Assembly (NCBI RefSeq): GCF_006345805.1
Contig: NC_042997.1
Location: 192,882,001 to 192,946,000 of the forward strand
DNA length: 64,000 bases
Origin: Octopus sinensis
Taxonomy: Eukaryota
Reading direction: 5' to 3'
The notes under the pieces were generated by a model. The model saw only the letters and a program-made list of their open reading frames with translations, made no database searches and was not told the DNA's origin. Shown one piece after another: positions 50,707-62,624 of the stretch (its first letter is position 1; each line of letters opens with the position of its first letter). The position numbers and the translations under genes are program-made.

Positions 50707-53700
50707 ATATGTTTGTGTGTCTGTGTTTGTTCCTCCAACATCGCTTGGCAACTGGTGGTGGTGTGTTTATGTCCCCATAACTTAGCGGTTCGGCAAAAGA
50801 GACTGATAGAATAAGTACTAGGCATCCAAAGAATAAGTCCTGGGGTCGATTTGCTCAACTAAAGAAGCATAGAATGTTATTTACAATAAAATAGTAATTG
50901 ATAATATTCAAAATGTATCAAAACAAAAGTATATGGAAATAGAAATTTTATACGTCATCTAAATGCTGAAGAGACTTCTGAAGTACCTGGTATATGTATT
51001 TATGTATATACAAGGGGGTGCTGAAAAGTTCCTGGCTTTGGATGAGAGAAAGTACAAGAGAATCAGTTAATTACAATTTTATTCAACATATTTCCCTCTC
51101 AAATTCACACCTTATTGCTGTAGTCCTTCAGTTTTTCTAAGCCCTGGAATAGAACTCAGAAGGTTAGGCCTCCAACCAGGCCTTTTGTGATACCCTTAAA
51201 GCCAGGAACTTTTCAGCACTTCTCATATGTGGCTGTGTGGTAAGTAGCTTCCTTACCAACCACATGGTTCTGGGTTCAGTCCCACTGCGTGGCACCTTGG
51301 GCAAGTGTCTTCTACTATAGCCTCAGGCCGACCAAAGCCTTGTGAGTGGATTTGGTAGAAGGAAACTGAAAGAAGCCTAGGAAGGGCATCCAGCCGTAGA
51401 AACACTGCCAGATCTGACTGGGCCTGACGAATCCTTCCAGCTTCACAGACCCCAGTTGAACCATCCAACCCATGCTAGCATGGAAAGCGGACGCTAAATG
51501 ATGATGATGATGATGTGTGTGTCTGTGTTTGTCCCCCCAACATCGCTTGACAACCGATGGTGGTGTGTTTACGTCCCTGTAACTTAGCAGTTCGGCAAAA
51601 GAGACTGATAGAATAAGTCCTGGGGTCGATTTGCTCAACTAAAAAGCGGTGCTCCAGCATGGCCGCAGTCAAATGACTCAAACAAGTAAAAGAGTAATAT
51701 ATATATGTGTGTGTGTGTGTGTGTGTTTTAAACCCACATTGTTTAACTATTTAACTTTGAGTCTTCCATTCTTCAGTCACGTGCTGCGCTATCTTTGCTG
51801 GGATACTGCCATTTTCAACTGCAGAGCTTTGTCGATGCTGCAGACTGCTATGAACAACTGTCCATTCTACATCCAGATGTTGAGAACTACAAACTTTATT
51901 ATGCTCAGTCGTTATATAAAGCATGTCTTTACCAAGAGGCAATGAAAATCGCTTGTCAAATTGAGAGTTCAGATTATCAGGTGAAGGTATGTATTACAAT
52001 GTATAGAAATCAATTATTTCTCATTGTTATTCACTTCAGTGTTTAAAAATTGTGTTTGACTCTCATGAATTTCCAGGTACAAGCATTTAACAAATTTATA
52101 AATAAGATATTGAGAGGAAAGTTGAACCTAAGAAACATCAGATGTGGTGTGCAAGAGAGATGACTGCGCTGGTATGGTCATGTGGTGAGAATGGATGAGG
52201 ATAGCTGTGTGAAAAGTACCACACCCTAGCGGTTGAGGGAACCTGTGGAAGAGGTAGACCCAGGAAGACCTGGGATGAGGTGGTGAAGCACAACCTTTGA
52301 TCATTAGGTCTCACCGAGGCAATGACTAATGACCAAGATTTTTGGAAATATGCAGTGCGTGAGAAGACCCAGCAAGCCAAGTGAGACCATAACCTGTGGC
52401 TTATGCCAGGGGTGTAACCAGCCCACTTATGCATACCTTTCCTTCATTGGACACTAAACTCTGCTTGTGAAGACCTGTTGATGCAAGTGAAATCAAAATC
52501 AAATCAAATTTGCAAATTCGATGACTGGCACCTCTGCCAGTGGAGTGCTAAGTTCACCATCCAAGCGTGATCATTGCCAAAGCAGCTGACTAGCTTCCGT
52601 GTCAGTGACACGTAAAAAGCAACGTTCAAATGTGATGATTACCAGTGTCGCTTTAATGGCACTTGTGCCGGTGGCACATGAAAATCATTTGAGCGATGTC
52701 GTTGCCAGTCCCACTGAACTGGCTCCTGTGCAGGTGGCACATAAAAAGCACCATTTGGGCATGGCCATTGCCAGTTCCGCCTGACTGGCCCTCGTACCAG
52801 TGGCACGTTAAAGCACCCACTACACTGTTGGAGTGGTTGGCGTTAGGAAGGGCATCCAGCTGTAGAAACTGCCAGATCAGTGTGGAGTCTGGTGCAGCCA
52901 TCTTGTTCGCTAGACCTCAGTCAAATGATGATGATGATGACTCTGATTATGTCATAATAAGAAAATTTGTGTGTATGGTTGTAATGTGAGATCCTTGAAT
53001 TAAAATCATGTGATTTGTTAAACATCATTAGAGAATTTCCTTGTAAGGTTACTTATAAATATTGCAGAAGAAATAAAACTACATGTATCCACAAGCCCAG
53101 TTTCATTCATCATCATCATCATTGTTTAACGTCCGTTTTCCATGCTAGCATGGGTTGGACGGTTCGACCGGGGATCTGGGAAGCCAGAAGGCTGCACCAG
53201 GCTCCATTCTGATCTGGCAGTGTTTCTACAGCTGGATGCCCTTCCTAACGCCAACCACTCCGAAAGTGTAGTGGGTGCTTTTTACGTGCCAGGCGAGGCT
53301 GGCAACGGCCACGATCGGATTGGTGCTTTTTACATGCCACAAGCACAGAAGCCAGACAAGGCAGCACTGTGAAATTTAATTTAATGTCTAGCACAGTATT
53401 TTATATTTATGATTTTTTTTTCAGGTTACCAAACTGCAAGCTGCTATAAAATATGGAGAAGAGGACCTTCCTGGGGCAAAAGTAAGATTTGCTTCAAAAT
53501 GTCTAAAACTAGCTTTAATAAACTATTCTCTCTTTTTCTGTCTTACCCTCCCCTTTATACGCATTTGTGTGTGTACATATCTATGAGCATTTATGTATGT
53601 GTCTGGTATGAATTAATATTTACATCAATAAAAGGGTGTCGGGTGGTTGAAATGGTTGGGTATTAGGCAAAGTGCTCTTCCAGTATTTCATTGCTGATAG

Positions 53701-56700
53701 TTCTTATTTAGATTTACTATCTTCTAAATGGGTACAGATGGCTCAGTGGTTAAAGCATCAGATTCACAATAATGATGTAGTGAGTTTGATTCCTAGACCG
53801 GAATGTGTGTTGTGTTCTTGGGCAAGACACTTTATTTCATGTTGCTCCAGTCCACTCAGCTGTAGAAATGAGTTGCGACATCACTAGTGCCAAGCTGTAT
53901 CGTCCTTTGCCTTTCCCTTGGATAACATCAGTGGTGTGGAGAGGGGAGGCTGGTATGCATGGGCAACTACTGGCCTTCCACAAACAATCTTGCCCTGACT
54001 TTGCCTCGGAGGGTAAATTTCTAGGTGCAATCCCATGGTCATTCATGACCAAAGGGGTTCTTTTAGATGAGTCAGAAGGTCATGTCTCTCTCATATGTTT
54101 CAATTTTTGCATGGTTTCTACAGCTAGATGTCCCTCTAACACATTCACTTTGTATTTCACTATAACAACAAAACTAAAGGGCTCTCTTGACCTTGTGGTG
54201 TGTCTGCTCAGTCAATGTGGTCAAGGATAGAAAGAGAGGTGGAGAATGAGAGTGTGATGTCAGCAGGGCCAGGGTAAGTGAATGAAAGAAACGAAGGTTA
54301 TGTGAACTTGCTATTAATGTTAAATTTCTATTAATTTTCTACAGGCTCTGGTTGACCAATGTCCACAGCAGGATTCTGACACTGAATTAAATCAAGCTTG
54401 TATCTTATTCAAGGTTAGTAAGACATAATATGGATCTTTTCCCTTTGAACGGCAGATGGAGAAATTAATTTTTTGTAACTAAACACTTTCAAATTTCGGA
54501 CACTGGTAGAATGTGTCATATAAAACATCTTTTACTCTTAGTGTTGTTGAGAAAAGTTTCTATTTTCAAAGTTATTTCGTGTTAAAGTTGTCGTATTTCG
54601 GTAATTTCAACCAATCAATGACGTGTATTCAGCTGAATAAAATTACTGCTGTTGTTTGTCAACAAGAACTTCCTGTGGTGTATATTTCGTTTGTCACTGT
54701 TATTTATGACATCGTTTGTGCGTTTGTACTGGTTTTAGCTTTAAGGTGTTGGGGTTTTAGGGTTAGGGTTAGAGTTACGGAAAAAGTGAAAAATGAAGAA
54801 ATTGGAGGGGGAGGGGGGCAAAAAAGTATTTCCGAAAATAGCTGAAAAACAGGAAAAAAAACTAAAAGTGGTAGAAATGCACGAATGATTATGGTGGTGC
54901 CATGAAGTAAACATGCTTCAGATACACTCGTTTATTCATACAAAGGTAACTGAGATGAAATATGTCATAAATAACAGTGACACACAAAATATACACCACC
55001 AGAAGTTGTCGACAAACAACGGCAGTAATTTTATTCAGCTGAATACACGTCATTGATTGGTTGAAATTACTGAAATACGACAACTTTAACAAAAAATAAC
55101 TTTGAAAAGTTAGACTGCGACCATGTTTGAACACCACCTTCAAGAGCCTTTGGTCAAATGTATGTACTGCAGTACTTATTTTTTTAAGTATGGTACTTAT
55201 TCTATCAGTCTCCCTTGCTGAACCACTAAGTTATGGGAACATAAACACACCAACACTGGTTGTCAAGCGATGCTGGGGAACAAACACACACACACACACA
55301 CATGACGGGCTTCTTTCAGTTTCCATCTACCAAATCTGCTCACAAGGTTTTGGTCGGCCTGAGGCTGTAGTAGAAGACACTTGCCCAAGGTGCCACGCAG
55401 TGGGACTAAACCCGGAACCATGTGGTTCGTAAGCAAGTTACTTACCACACAGCCACGCCTATGCCTGTAAATTGGATTAATAAATTTATTTATTTATTAT
55501 TTATTAGCACCTTTTGTTTCTTCAATAGGAAAGCCATTATGAAGAGGCATGTAAGAAATTTGTTGCTGCCATGCAAGTCACTGGTTACAATGCTGAGACA
55601 GCCTATAGTATTGCATTGTGCTTCTATATGATGAAGCAGTATTCGGCCTCATTAAAGTATATTAATGAAATTATTGAGAGAGGAGCACAGGAGCATCCAG
55701 GTAAGATATAACTAAACTTGGAACTTTTTAAATAGTTTCTTTTCCAGGTGGCACGTAAAAAGCACCCACTACACTCGCGGAGTGGTTGGCGTTAGGAAGG
55801 GCATCCAGGTGTAGAAACTCTGCCAGATCAGACTAGAGCCTGGCGCAGCCCCTGGCTTCCCAGACCCCGGTCGAACCGTCCAACCCGTGCTAGCACGGAA
55901 AACGGACGTTAAACGATGATGATGATGTTTGTTTAATCGTTTTGTTACTATATTTCTGTTGAAGGCGGCAAGCTGGCAGAAACATTAGCATGCCGGGCGA
56001 AATGCTTAGCGGTATTTCGTCTGCCATTACGTTCTGAGTTCAAATTCCGCCGAGGTCGACTTTGCCTTTCATCCTTTCAGGGTCAATAAATAAAGTACCA
56101 ATTATGCACTGGGGTCGATGTAATCGACTTAATCCCTTTGTTTGTCCTCTCTGTGTTTAGCCCCTTGTGGGTAGTAAAGAAATAGGTATTTCGTCTGCCA
56201 TTACGTTCTGAGTTCAAATTCCACCGAGGTCGACTTTGCCTTTCATCCTTTTGGGGTCGATAGATAAAGTACCAGTTACGCACTGGGGTCAATATAATCG
56301 ACTTAATACCTATGTCTGTCCTTGTTTGTCCTCTCTGTGTTTAGCCCCTTGTCGGTAGTAAAGAAATATATATTTCTGTTGAAATACACTGACTTTGGTT
56401 TCAAATTTGAAAATAATGAAGGATTTATTAAAATATGTTTGTCCTCATTAATCTGGTGTTTGAAACATAAATTTATATGAAATTTTGATGGTGTGTTTTA
56501 ATTTCAACCACTTTCCAAATGTTTATCAGTTCCACCAGCTCTACCACCATTGCTGTCACTGACATCACCACCACCTTTTAACCACAAGAACAGCAATAGC
56601 ATATTTGTAATGGGGAATTGGCAAAAACATTAGTTAACCCATTAGCATCTAAACCGGATGTATCCGGCTAAAATATTGTACTGATTTTATGTTTGCACTC

Positions 56701-59700
56701 ACCAGGTCCAGCCTTTTCAACCCACCTTACAATGTCATCATCATCATCGTTTAACGTTCGTTTTCCATGCTAGCATGGGTTGGACGGTTCGACTAGGATC
56801 TGGAAAGCCAGGAAGCTGCACCAGGCTCCAGTCTGATCTGGCAGTGTTTCTACAGCTGGATGCCCTTCCTAATGCCAACCACTCAGTGAGTGTAGTGCGT
56901 GCTTTTGAAGTGCCACGCGCACAGGTGCCCTGGGAGGCTGGTAGCAGCCACAATCGGCTGGTGCCTTTTACATGCCACCGACACAAGCCAGTCAAGGCGG
57001 CACTGGCATCGGCCACATTCTGATGGTGCTTTTTACATGCCAAAGGAGGCTGGCAGCGGCCACGATCAGTTGGTGCTTTTTATATGCCACCAGCACAGAA
57101 GCCAGTCAAGGCGGCGCTGGTATTGGCCATGTTTGGATGGTGCTTTTTACGCACCACCAGCACAGGTATCACAACTACAATTTCCATTTCATTTTTATTT
57201 TGATGCTGATGTACTTGACTCAGTAGGTCTCTTCGAGCACAGCAGGTTGCTCTACAATCCAAGGTAAGCACAACAGGCCATTCTGCAATCCAAGGTACTT
57301 TGGATGGGCTGGAGCTGCTATGTGAAACTGGTGCAGGAAACAGCCATGAACTCATGTTGTTTGTCGGGTCTTCACAGTCACAACATATCTCCAGAGATCT
57401 TGCATTCTAAAGATAAACAATCACATCTTTGAAATCTTAAAGCTACAAGATAATACATGATTAATTCAAAACAATTTGAGGGGAAAAGCATTACATTTGA
57501 GAGAGTAATCTGAACACCAAAGGGTTAAACGAAGATGTTTATAATTAACAACCAAATACTTGTTTCTGTGACCATTATCTATACTGTTTTGTTACTTGTA
57601 GATCTTGATATTGGTATGACTACAATGGGACTGGAAACCCGTAGTGTTGGGAACACATTAGTATTACAAGAGACAGGACTTGTACAAGCTTTCAATCTTA
57701 AAGCTAACATTGAATATCAACTGAAAAATAGTAAGTCAGACTACAGTTCACCTCTACTTTCTCTTTTGACTGATCTAATTTTACAAAAGTTGTATAAATC
57801 TCCATTTGTATTCATCATTCTCATCATCATCACAGCATATTGGCAGTCATTAAAAAATCAGACAAAATACCTGGTAGTATTTATTTCGGTTCCTTGTGTT
57901 GTGGGTTCAAGTCTTTCAGTGGTTGACTTTGCCTTTTATCTTTCTTCTGAGGTCAGTGAATGAAATACCTGTGTTTCTGTTATCTTTATCTTTTATCATA
58001 TTTTCCTGTTTCAGTCATTAGACTGTGACCATGTTGGGGCACTGCCTCAAAAAATTTCTAGTTGAACGAATCAACCCCAAACTTAGTCATTAGACTGTGG
58101 CCATGCTGGGGCATTGCCTCGAAGAATTTCTAGTTGAATGAATCAACCCCAAACTTAGTCATTAGACTGCGGCCATTCTAGGGCATTGCCTTGAAGAATT
58201 TCTAGTTAAATGAATCAACCCCAAACTTACATTTTTTTAAGCTTGATACTTATTCTATTTTTCTGTTAGAATTTGTGTGCAATGAACTGGTTATACTTCT
58301 ACAATGCATAAAATATTTGTGAGTGGATATGGTAGACGGAACCTGGAAGAAACCTGTCATGTATATATATATATGTATGTATATGTTTGTGTGTCTGTGT
58401 TTGTACTGCCATCATCACTTGACAATCGACGTTGGTGTTTTTACATCCATGTAATTTAGCAGTTTGGCAAAAGTGACCGCCAGAATAAGTACTAGACTTA
58501 CAAAGAATAAGTCCTAGAGTCAATTTGTTTGACTAAAGGTGGTGCTCCAGCATGGCCGCATTCAAATGATTGGAGCAAAAGAATAAAAAAAAAGAAAGGA
58601 ATTCTTTAAAACAGACATGGAACCTGGGCAGCTCCTCATATGACCAGCTCCTGTCAAACCGTCCAACCCATGCCAGCATAGAAAACAGATGTTAAAAGAG
58701 AATTCTAAAAATATAATGGGACTTTTTTAAACAATGAATGTTTATTAGGGTCCAGTAGAGTAAAGTAGGAATTAAAGGCTTTGATCAGCTTGGGTCGCTA
58801 GTAAAAGACACTTGCTCATGGTGTCATGCAGTAGGACTGAACCTGGGACCACATGGTTGGAAAGCAAGCTTCTGAACCACCATTATGCCTGTGCCTATTG
58901 AAGCTGAGAACAGTTGATGTTAAAGTGATGATGCAGATTATGATGTATGTATGTATGCACATGTGTGCAAGTGTTTATGCATTTATATATGCACACACAC
59001 ACACACACACACATATATGCATACATTTTTTAATATATATTTTTCTTTGCTCTTGCTTTTAGTAAAAGCTGCACGTGAGGCCCTTACTGACATGCCCCCA
59101 CGCTCTGAAGAGGAGCTAGATGTTGTGACCTTACACAATCAAGCACTTATCAACATGGACATTGAACCAACTCGCGGCTTTGGCAAACTACAGTTCCTCA
59201 TGCAACAGCCAACATTTCCTCCAGAAACCTTTGGAAATCTTCTCATTCTTTATATAAAATATGAAGTAAATATTCCTTCTGGATTTGAAACCATTTCGTT
59301 TTGACACATTTTAAAATTCAACTCATTGAATTGTTTAATTCTTTATTTTGAGAAAAATTTTCTTACATATCTTTTTATATACCAGCATGTCTTTTATCTT
59401 TTACTTGTTTCAGTTATTAGGCTGTGGCCATGCCGGGTTACTCTCATTTACTTGTTTCAGTCATTTGACTGTGGCCATGCCGGAGCACCACCTTTAGTCA
59501 ACCAAATCGACCCCATTCTTTGTAAACCTAGTACTTATTCTATCGGTCTCTTTTGCTGAACCGCTAAGTTACAGGGACGTAAACGCACCAGCATCGGTTG
59601 TCAAGCGATGTTGGGGGGACAAACACAGACACACAAACAAACATACATACATATTTATATATATATATATATATATATATACGACGGGCTTCTTTCAATT

Positions 59701-62421
59701 TCCGTCTACCAAATCTACTCACAAGGCTTTGGTGTCAGCCCGAGGCTAGTAGAAGGCACTTGCCCAAGGTGCCACTTAGTGGGACTGAACCCGGAACCAT
59801 GTGGTTGGTAAGCAAGCTACTTACCACACAGCCACTCCTATGCCTTAGTGTTACAAGTGTTTTGTAAAACCGGGAATAAGTTAATAAGAAGACTTTATTT
59901 CAAATTCCTTGTGAATGTTTAACATTTAATTCCTCTTTTTTTTCTTTGTTTTTCACCCTTTAGTATTTTGACCTTGCTGCAGATGTTCTCGCAGAAAATG
60001 CTCACCTTACATTCAAATACCTGATGCCAGTAAGTATTGAAAGCAAGGTTAACACATCATCATTTTGCATCCATTTTCTATGCTGGCATGGGTTTGACAG
60101 GAGCTGGGGAGCCAGAGGATTGCACCAAGCACCAATGTCTCTTTTGGTGTGGTGTTTACAATTGGATGTCCTTCTCAGTACCAACCACATTACAGAGTGC
60201 TCTGGGAGCTTTTTACCTGGCTCTGGAACTAGTGAGGTCACTAAGTAACTCACAAGACAAGACCTCCTCACCTGAAACAGTGTGTTTTTCATGGAGGGGT
60301 GTCTTTATGCCAGGTGATGAGAGGCATTGTGTCTGGTCATGGAAGTGCTGTTATGAAAGTTTATTGTAGAGAATGCTTGAGGAACTTGACAAAGAGATTG
60401 ACCATTTTAGTAAATACTAGTATGATAGATAAAGCAAATATGAGTGCAAGAAAAGTCCCAAGCTAATCAAAAATTACTGTAGAGTACTTAAAATATTTGG
60501 TGGAGTAGGAGCTGAACTAATCACCTATATAGTCAATCAGGAATGTCTTCCCCAATGACTGAATGTGCAGGAGTAACAAGCACAGGAAATATTGCCTGGG
60601 GGATCCCTAGAAGTAGTAGACAGTTTCCTAAGTAATCTAATTAGCAGTGATTGAGGATATTCTGAAAGTATTACTAAACAGAGTAAGAACAGGCTAGAGA
60701 AAGTTCAGGAAGTTTATATATTTGTGGGAACCAGAAGGTTTCTCTCTCAGAATGAAAGGTAGACTATGATAACTGTGTATGAAGTATAATGCTACATGGT
60801 AGTAAGACATGAGCCCTGAGTGCAGAGGACCTGTGGAGAGTAGAAAGAAGTGAAGATGAAGAGGCAAGTTTGCAAATGTTATGAACATTGTTTTGCTTAT
60901 GCAGACTAAATAAGGATGAGATACAAAACTTTTGGTGAAACTCAGTTTCCTTTATACCAGAATAGAACTATACTTAGGTAAATCTCAAATCAAATATTAT
61001 CCATATTGTTTACTGGATACTATTTTCTCAAGTAATGAGTTTCTTAAAGTCAGAAAACAGCACAGCTCCCATGACTTTCAGAAACATTTTTTCACGCTAA
61101 GAGTTGCTGAAGCATGGAACAAACTGCCGGCATCAGTTGTTAGTTGTCGGAGCACTGCATCCTTCAAAACTTCCATGCTTCCTGAGATTCACCAATACTA
61201 CACCTGATTTTCTCCCCTCCATACACACGCAAGCATGTATCTGACTCATACACTGTTCACTTTCCAGACATTTGTACATTACTGCATATACTTTATACAC
61301 ACTTTTGAAAAGTTGTGGTGCACCTGAGCAGTGTATACAATAATTTCATTATTATTATTATTAAGGTGAAGTTAAGACAGGGAAGAATATTTCATAGATT
61401 TTGTGATCCGATAGTGCAGATAAAGAAATAATTTTCAACAATGCCATACGACATGAAGATCACATTATGTTATGAAGGTTATTAACTTTTTGATATCAAG
61501 AGAGTATTATATGTAGAGATCATTGTTACTAAACTGTTTTCCTTATAGTATCAATATTGTTAGCTTTGTAGACAGCAATGTGATATCAAATAGTTATGTA
61601 TGTGTTATCAAGACAGCATTGTGATCTCATCATCATCATCATTGTTTAACGTCCGTTTTACATGCTAGTATGGGTTGGATGGTTCGATCGGGGTCTGGGA
61701 AGCCAGGAGGCTGCGCCAGGATCCTGTCTGATTTGGCAGTGTTTCTACAGCTGGATGCCCTTCCTAACGCCAACCACTCCATGAATGTAGTGGGTGCTTT
61801 TTACGTGCTACCGGTACAGCGGCCAGTGGAGGCGGCAAACGGCCATGATCGGTTGGTGCTTTTTACATGTCACCGACATGGATGCCAGTCAGGCGGTGCT
61901 GGCATCGCCCACGCTTGGATGGTGCTTTTTACGTGCCACCAGCACAGGTATCATAACTACAATTTCCATTTGATTTATATTTTGATGTTGATGTTGACGT
62001 ACTTGACTCAATAGGTCTCCTCAAGCACAGTGGGTCACCCTACGATCCAAGGTTAGCACAGCAGGCCATCCTGCGAGCCATGAACTCACTTCATTTGTCA
62101 GTTCTTCAGACAATAAAGCATTTAACTGTATTATGTACAATACAAATGAACACTTTGTGCTTGGGATACTGTTAATGTATTTTAGAAATATCATAGTGGC
62201 TTTGCTTCTGCTTGGCATAAATACTTATTTATTTTTTTGTAAGTACAAAGTTCTTGTCTTTAGTTACATTTTACATTACTAAATTTCTCATTTCTCTGTA
62301 GGAACTTTATGACTTCCTTGAAGCTGTCATCATGAGACAAACATCCCCCGAAGATGCTTATCGTAAACTTGATGAGATGGCTAGCAGAAAGACAGAAACC
62401 TTGCGTAAACTCACTAAACAG
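45732..62421 (+). CDS. TTC30: IFT70/TTC30 (fleer), intraflagellar transport TPR protein; first 10 coding exons, gene continues beyond the window (span)
   Basis: Spliced product MATIQIKEGEFTSTIYGH-IRDQRY..-SRAALSLLGYC..YAQSLYKAC..-LQAAIKY..-RSVGNTLVL..AFNLKA..-DMPPRSEEELDVVTLHNQAL..FPPETFGNLL..-YFDLAADVLAENAHLT..-LRKLTKQ, collinear with TTC30/IFT70 motifs; all introns GT-AG and in phase. Confidence 0.96.
48720..49020 (-). mobile_element. tRNA-derived SINE family E; second copy at ~47880-48180
   Basis: Minus strand gtggaggcgcaatggcccagtggttagggcagcggactcgcgg..ggtttcgattcccagacc; two similar copies 800 bp apart. Confidence 0.8.
49818..49883 (+). CDS. TTC30: IFT70 exon 2
   Basis: IRDQRYVDAVRLLNHQLETHPT; cctaag/gtgagt. 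Confidence 0.9.
51011..51225. mobile_element. mariner-type MITE
   Basis: TA-flanked, ~28-bp TIRs CAAGGGGGTGCTGAAAAGTTCCTGGCTTT / AAAGCCAGGAACTTTTCAGCACTTCTCA; no coding capacity. Confidence 0.8.
51777..51986 (+). CDS. TTC30: IFT70 exon 3
   Basis: SRAALSLLGYCHFQLQSFVDAADCYEQLSILHPDVENYKLYYAQSLYKACLYQEAMKIACQIESSDYQVK; cttcag/gtatgt. Confidence 0.95.
52135..52490 (+). mobile_element. RTE LINE 3' fragment (same family as 63440-63790)
   Basis: catcagatgtggtgtgcaagagagatgactgcgctggtatgg..gagaagacccagcaagccaagtgagacc is repeated at ~63440-63700. Confidence 0.85.
53425..53481 (+). CDS. TTC30: IFT70 exon 4
   Basis: VTKLQAAIKYGEEDLPGAK; ttttcag/gtaaga. Confidence 0.93.
53735..54065 (+). mobile_element. 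tRNA-derived SINE family D (tggctcagtggtta..gtgagttcgattc..gcaagacactttatttc..ccagtccactcagctg); copies at ~270-480 and 39045-39285
   Basis: A/B-box head and shared core across three copies. Confidence 0.75.
54345..54413 (+). CDS. TTC30: IFT70 exon 5
   Basis: ALVDQCPQQDSDTELNQACILFK; ctacag/gttagt. Confidence 0.92.
54563..55108. repeat. Long inverted repeat (~150-bp arms at 54563-54712 and 54962-55108) with TTAGGG units in the spacer
   Basis: Arms are reverse complements with few mismatches (aatttcaaccaatcaatgacgtgtattcagctgaataaaattactg / cagtaattttattcagctgaatacacgtcattgattggttgaaatt); spacer contains ttttagggttagggttagagtta. Confidence 0.9.
55529..55700 (+). CDS. TTC30: IFT70 exon 6
   Basis: ESHYEEACKKF..YSIALCFY..KYINEIIERGAQEHP; caatag/gtaaga. 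Confidence 0.95.
57602..57730 (+). CDS. TTC30: IFT70 exon 7
   Basis: DLDIGMTTMGLETRSVGNTLVLQETGLVQAFNLKANIEYQLKN; ttgtag/gtaagt. Confidence 0.95.
58014..58229. repeat. 3 x 72-bp tandem repeat derived from a SINE tail
   Basis: Units start at 58014, 58086 and 58158 (gtcattagactgtggccatgctggggcattgcc..aatcaaccccaaactta). Confidence 0.9.
59063..59265 (+). CDS. TTC30: IFT70 exon 8
   Basis: KAAREALTDMPPRSEEELDVVTLHNQAL..FPPETFGNLLILYIKYE; ttttag/gtaaat. Confidence 0.95.
59964..60029 (+). CDS. TTC30: IFT70 exon 9
   Basis: YFDLAADVLAENAHLTFKYLMP; ctttag/gtaagt. Confidence 0.95.
60990..61362 (+). mobile_element. CR1/L2-type LINE 3' end with (ATT)n tail
   Basis: KHFFTLRVAEAWNKLPASVVSCRSTASFK matches the CR1 ORF2 terminal motif F..RV...WN.LP..V; ends with ttcattattattatta. 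Confidence 0.75.
62302..62421 (+). CDS. TTC30: IFT70 exon 10
   Basis: ELYDFLEAVIMRQTSPEDAYRKLDEMASRKTETLRKLTKQ; ctgtag/gtaatt. Confidence 0.95.
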
Positions 62422-62624
62422 GTAATTTTGTTCTTGTCATCAACATTTTTATATCTACTTTATTTCTGTATGTATTCATACTATGTATATATTTACTTTA
62501 TCTCTATAAATATATGTCTATTCTGTACATGTGTGTAAGAATACACTTGCTGTGTATACTCTGTAGATGTATACTGTATTTGAATGTGTCCACTCGATCT
62601 CTGGATATATATATATATATATTT

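Noticed and set aside
54755-54778. TTAGGG units as an interstitial telomere or fusion scar
   Set aside because: Only two to three units, embedded in the spacer of an inverted-repeat element.
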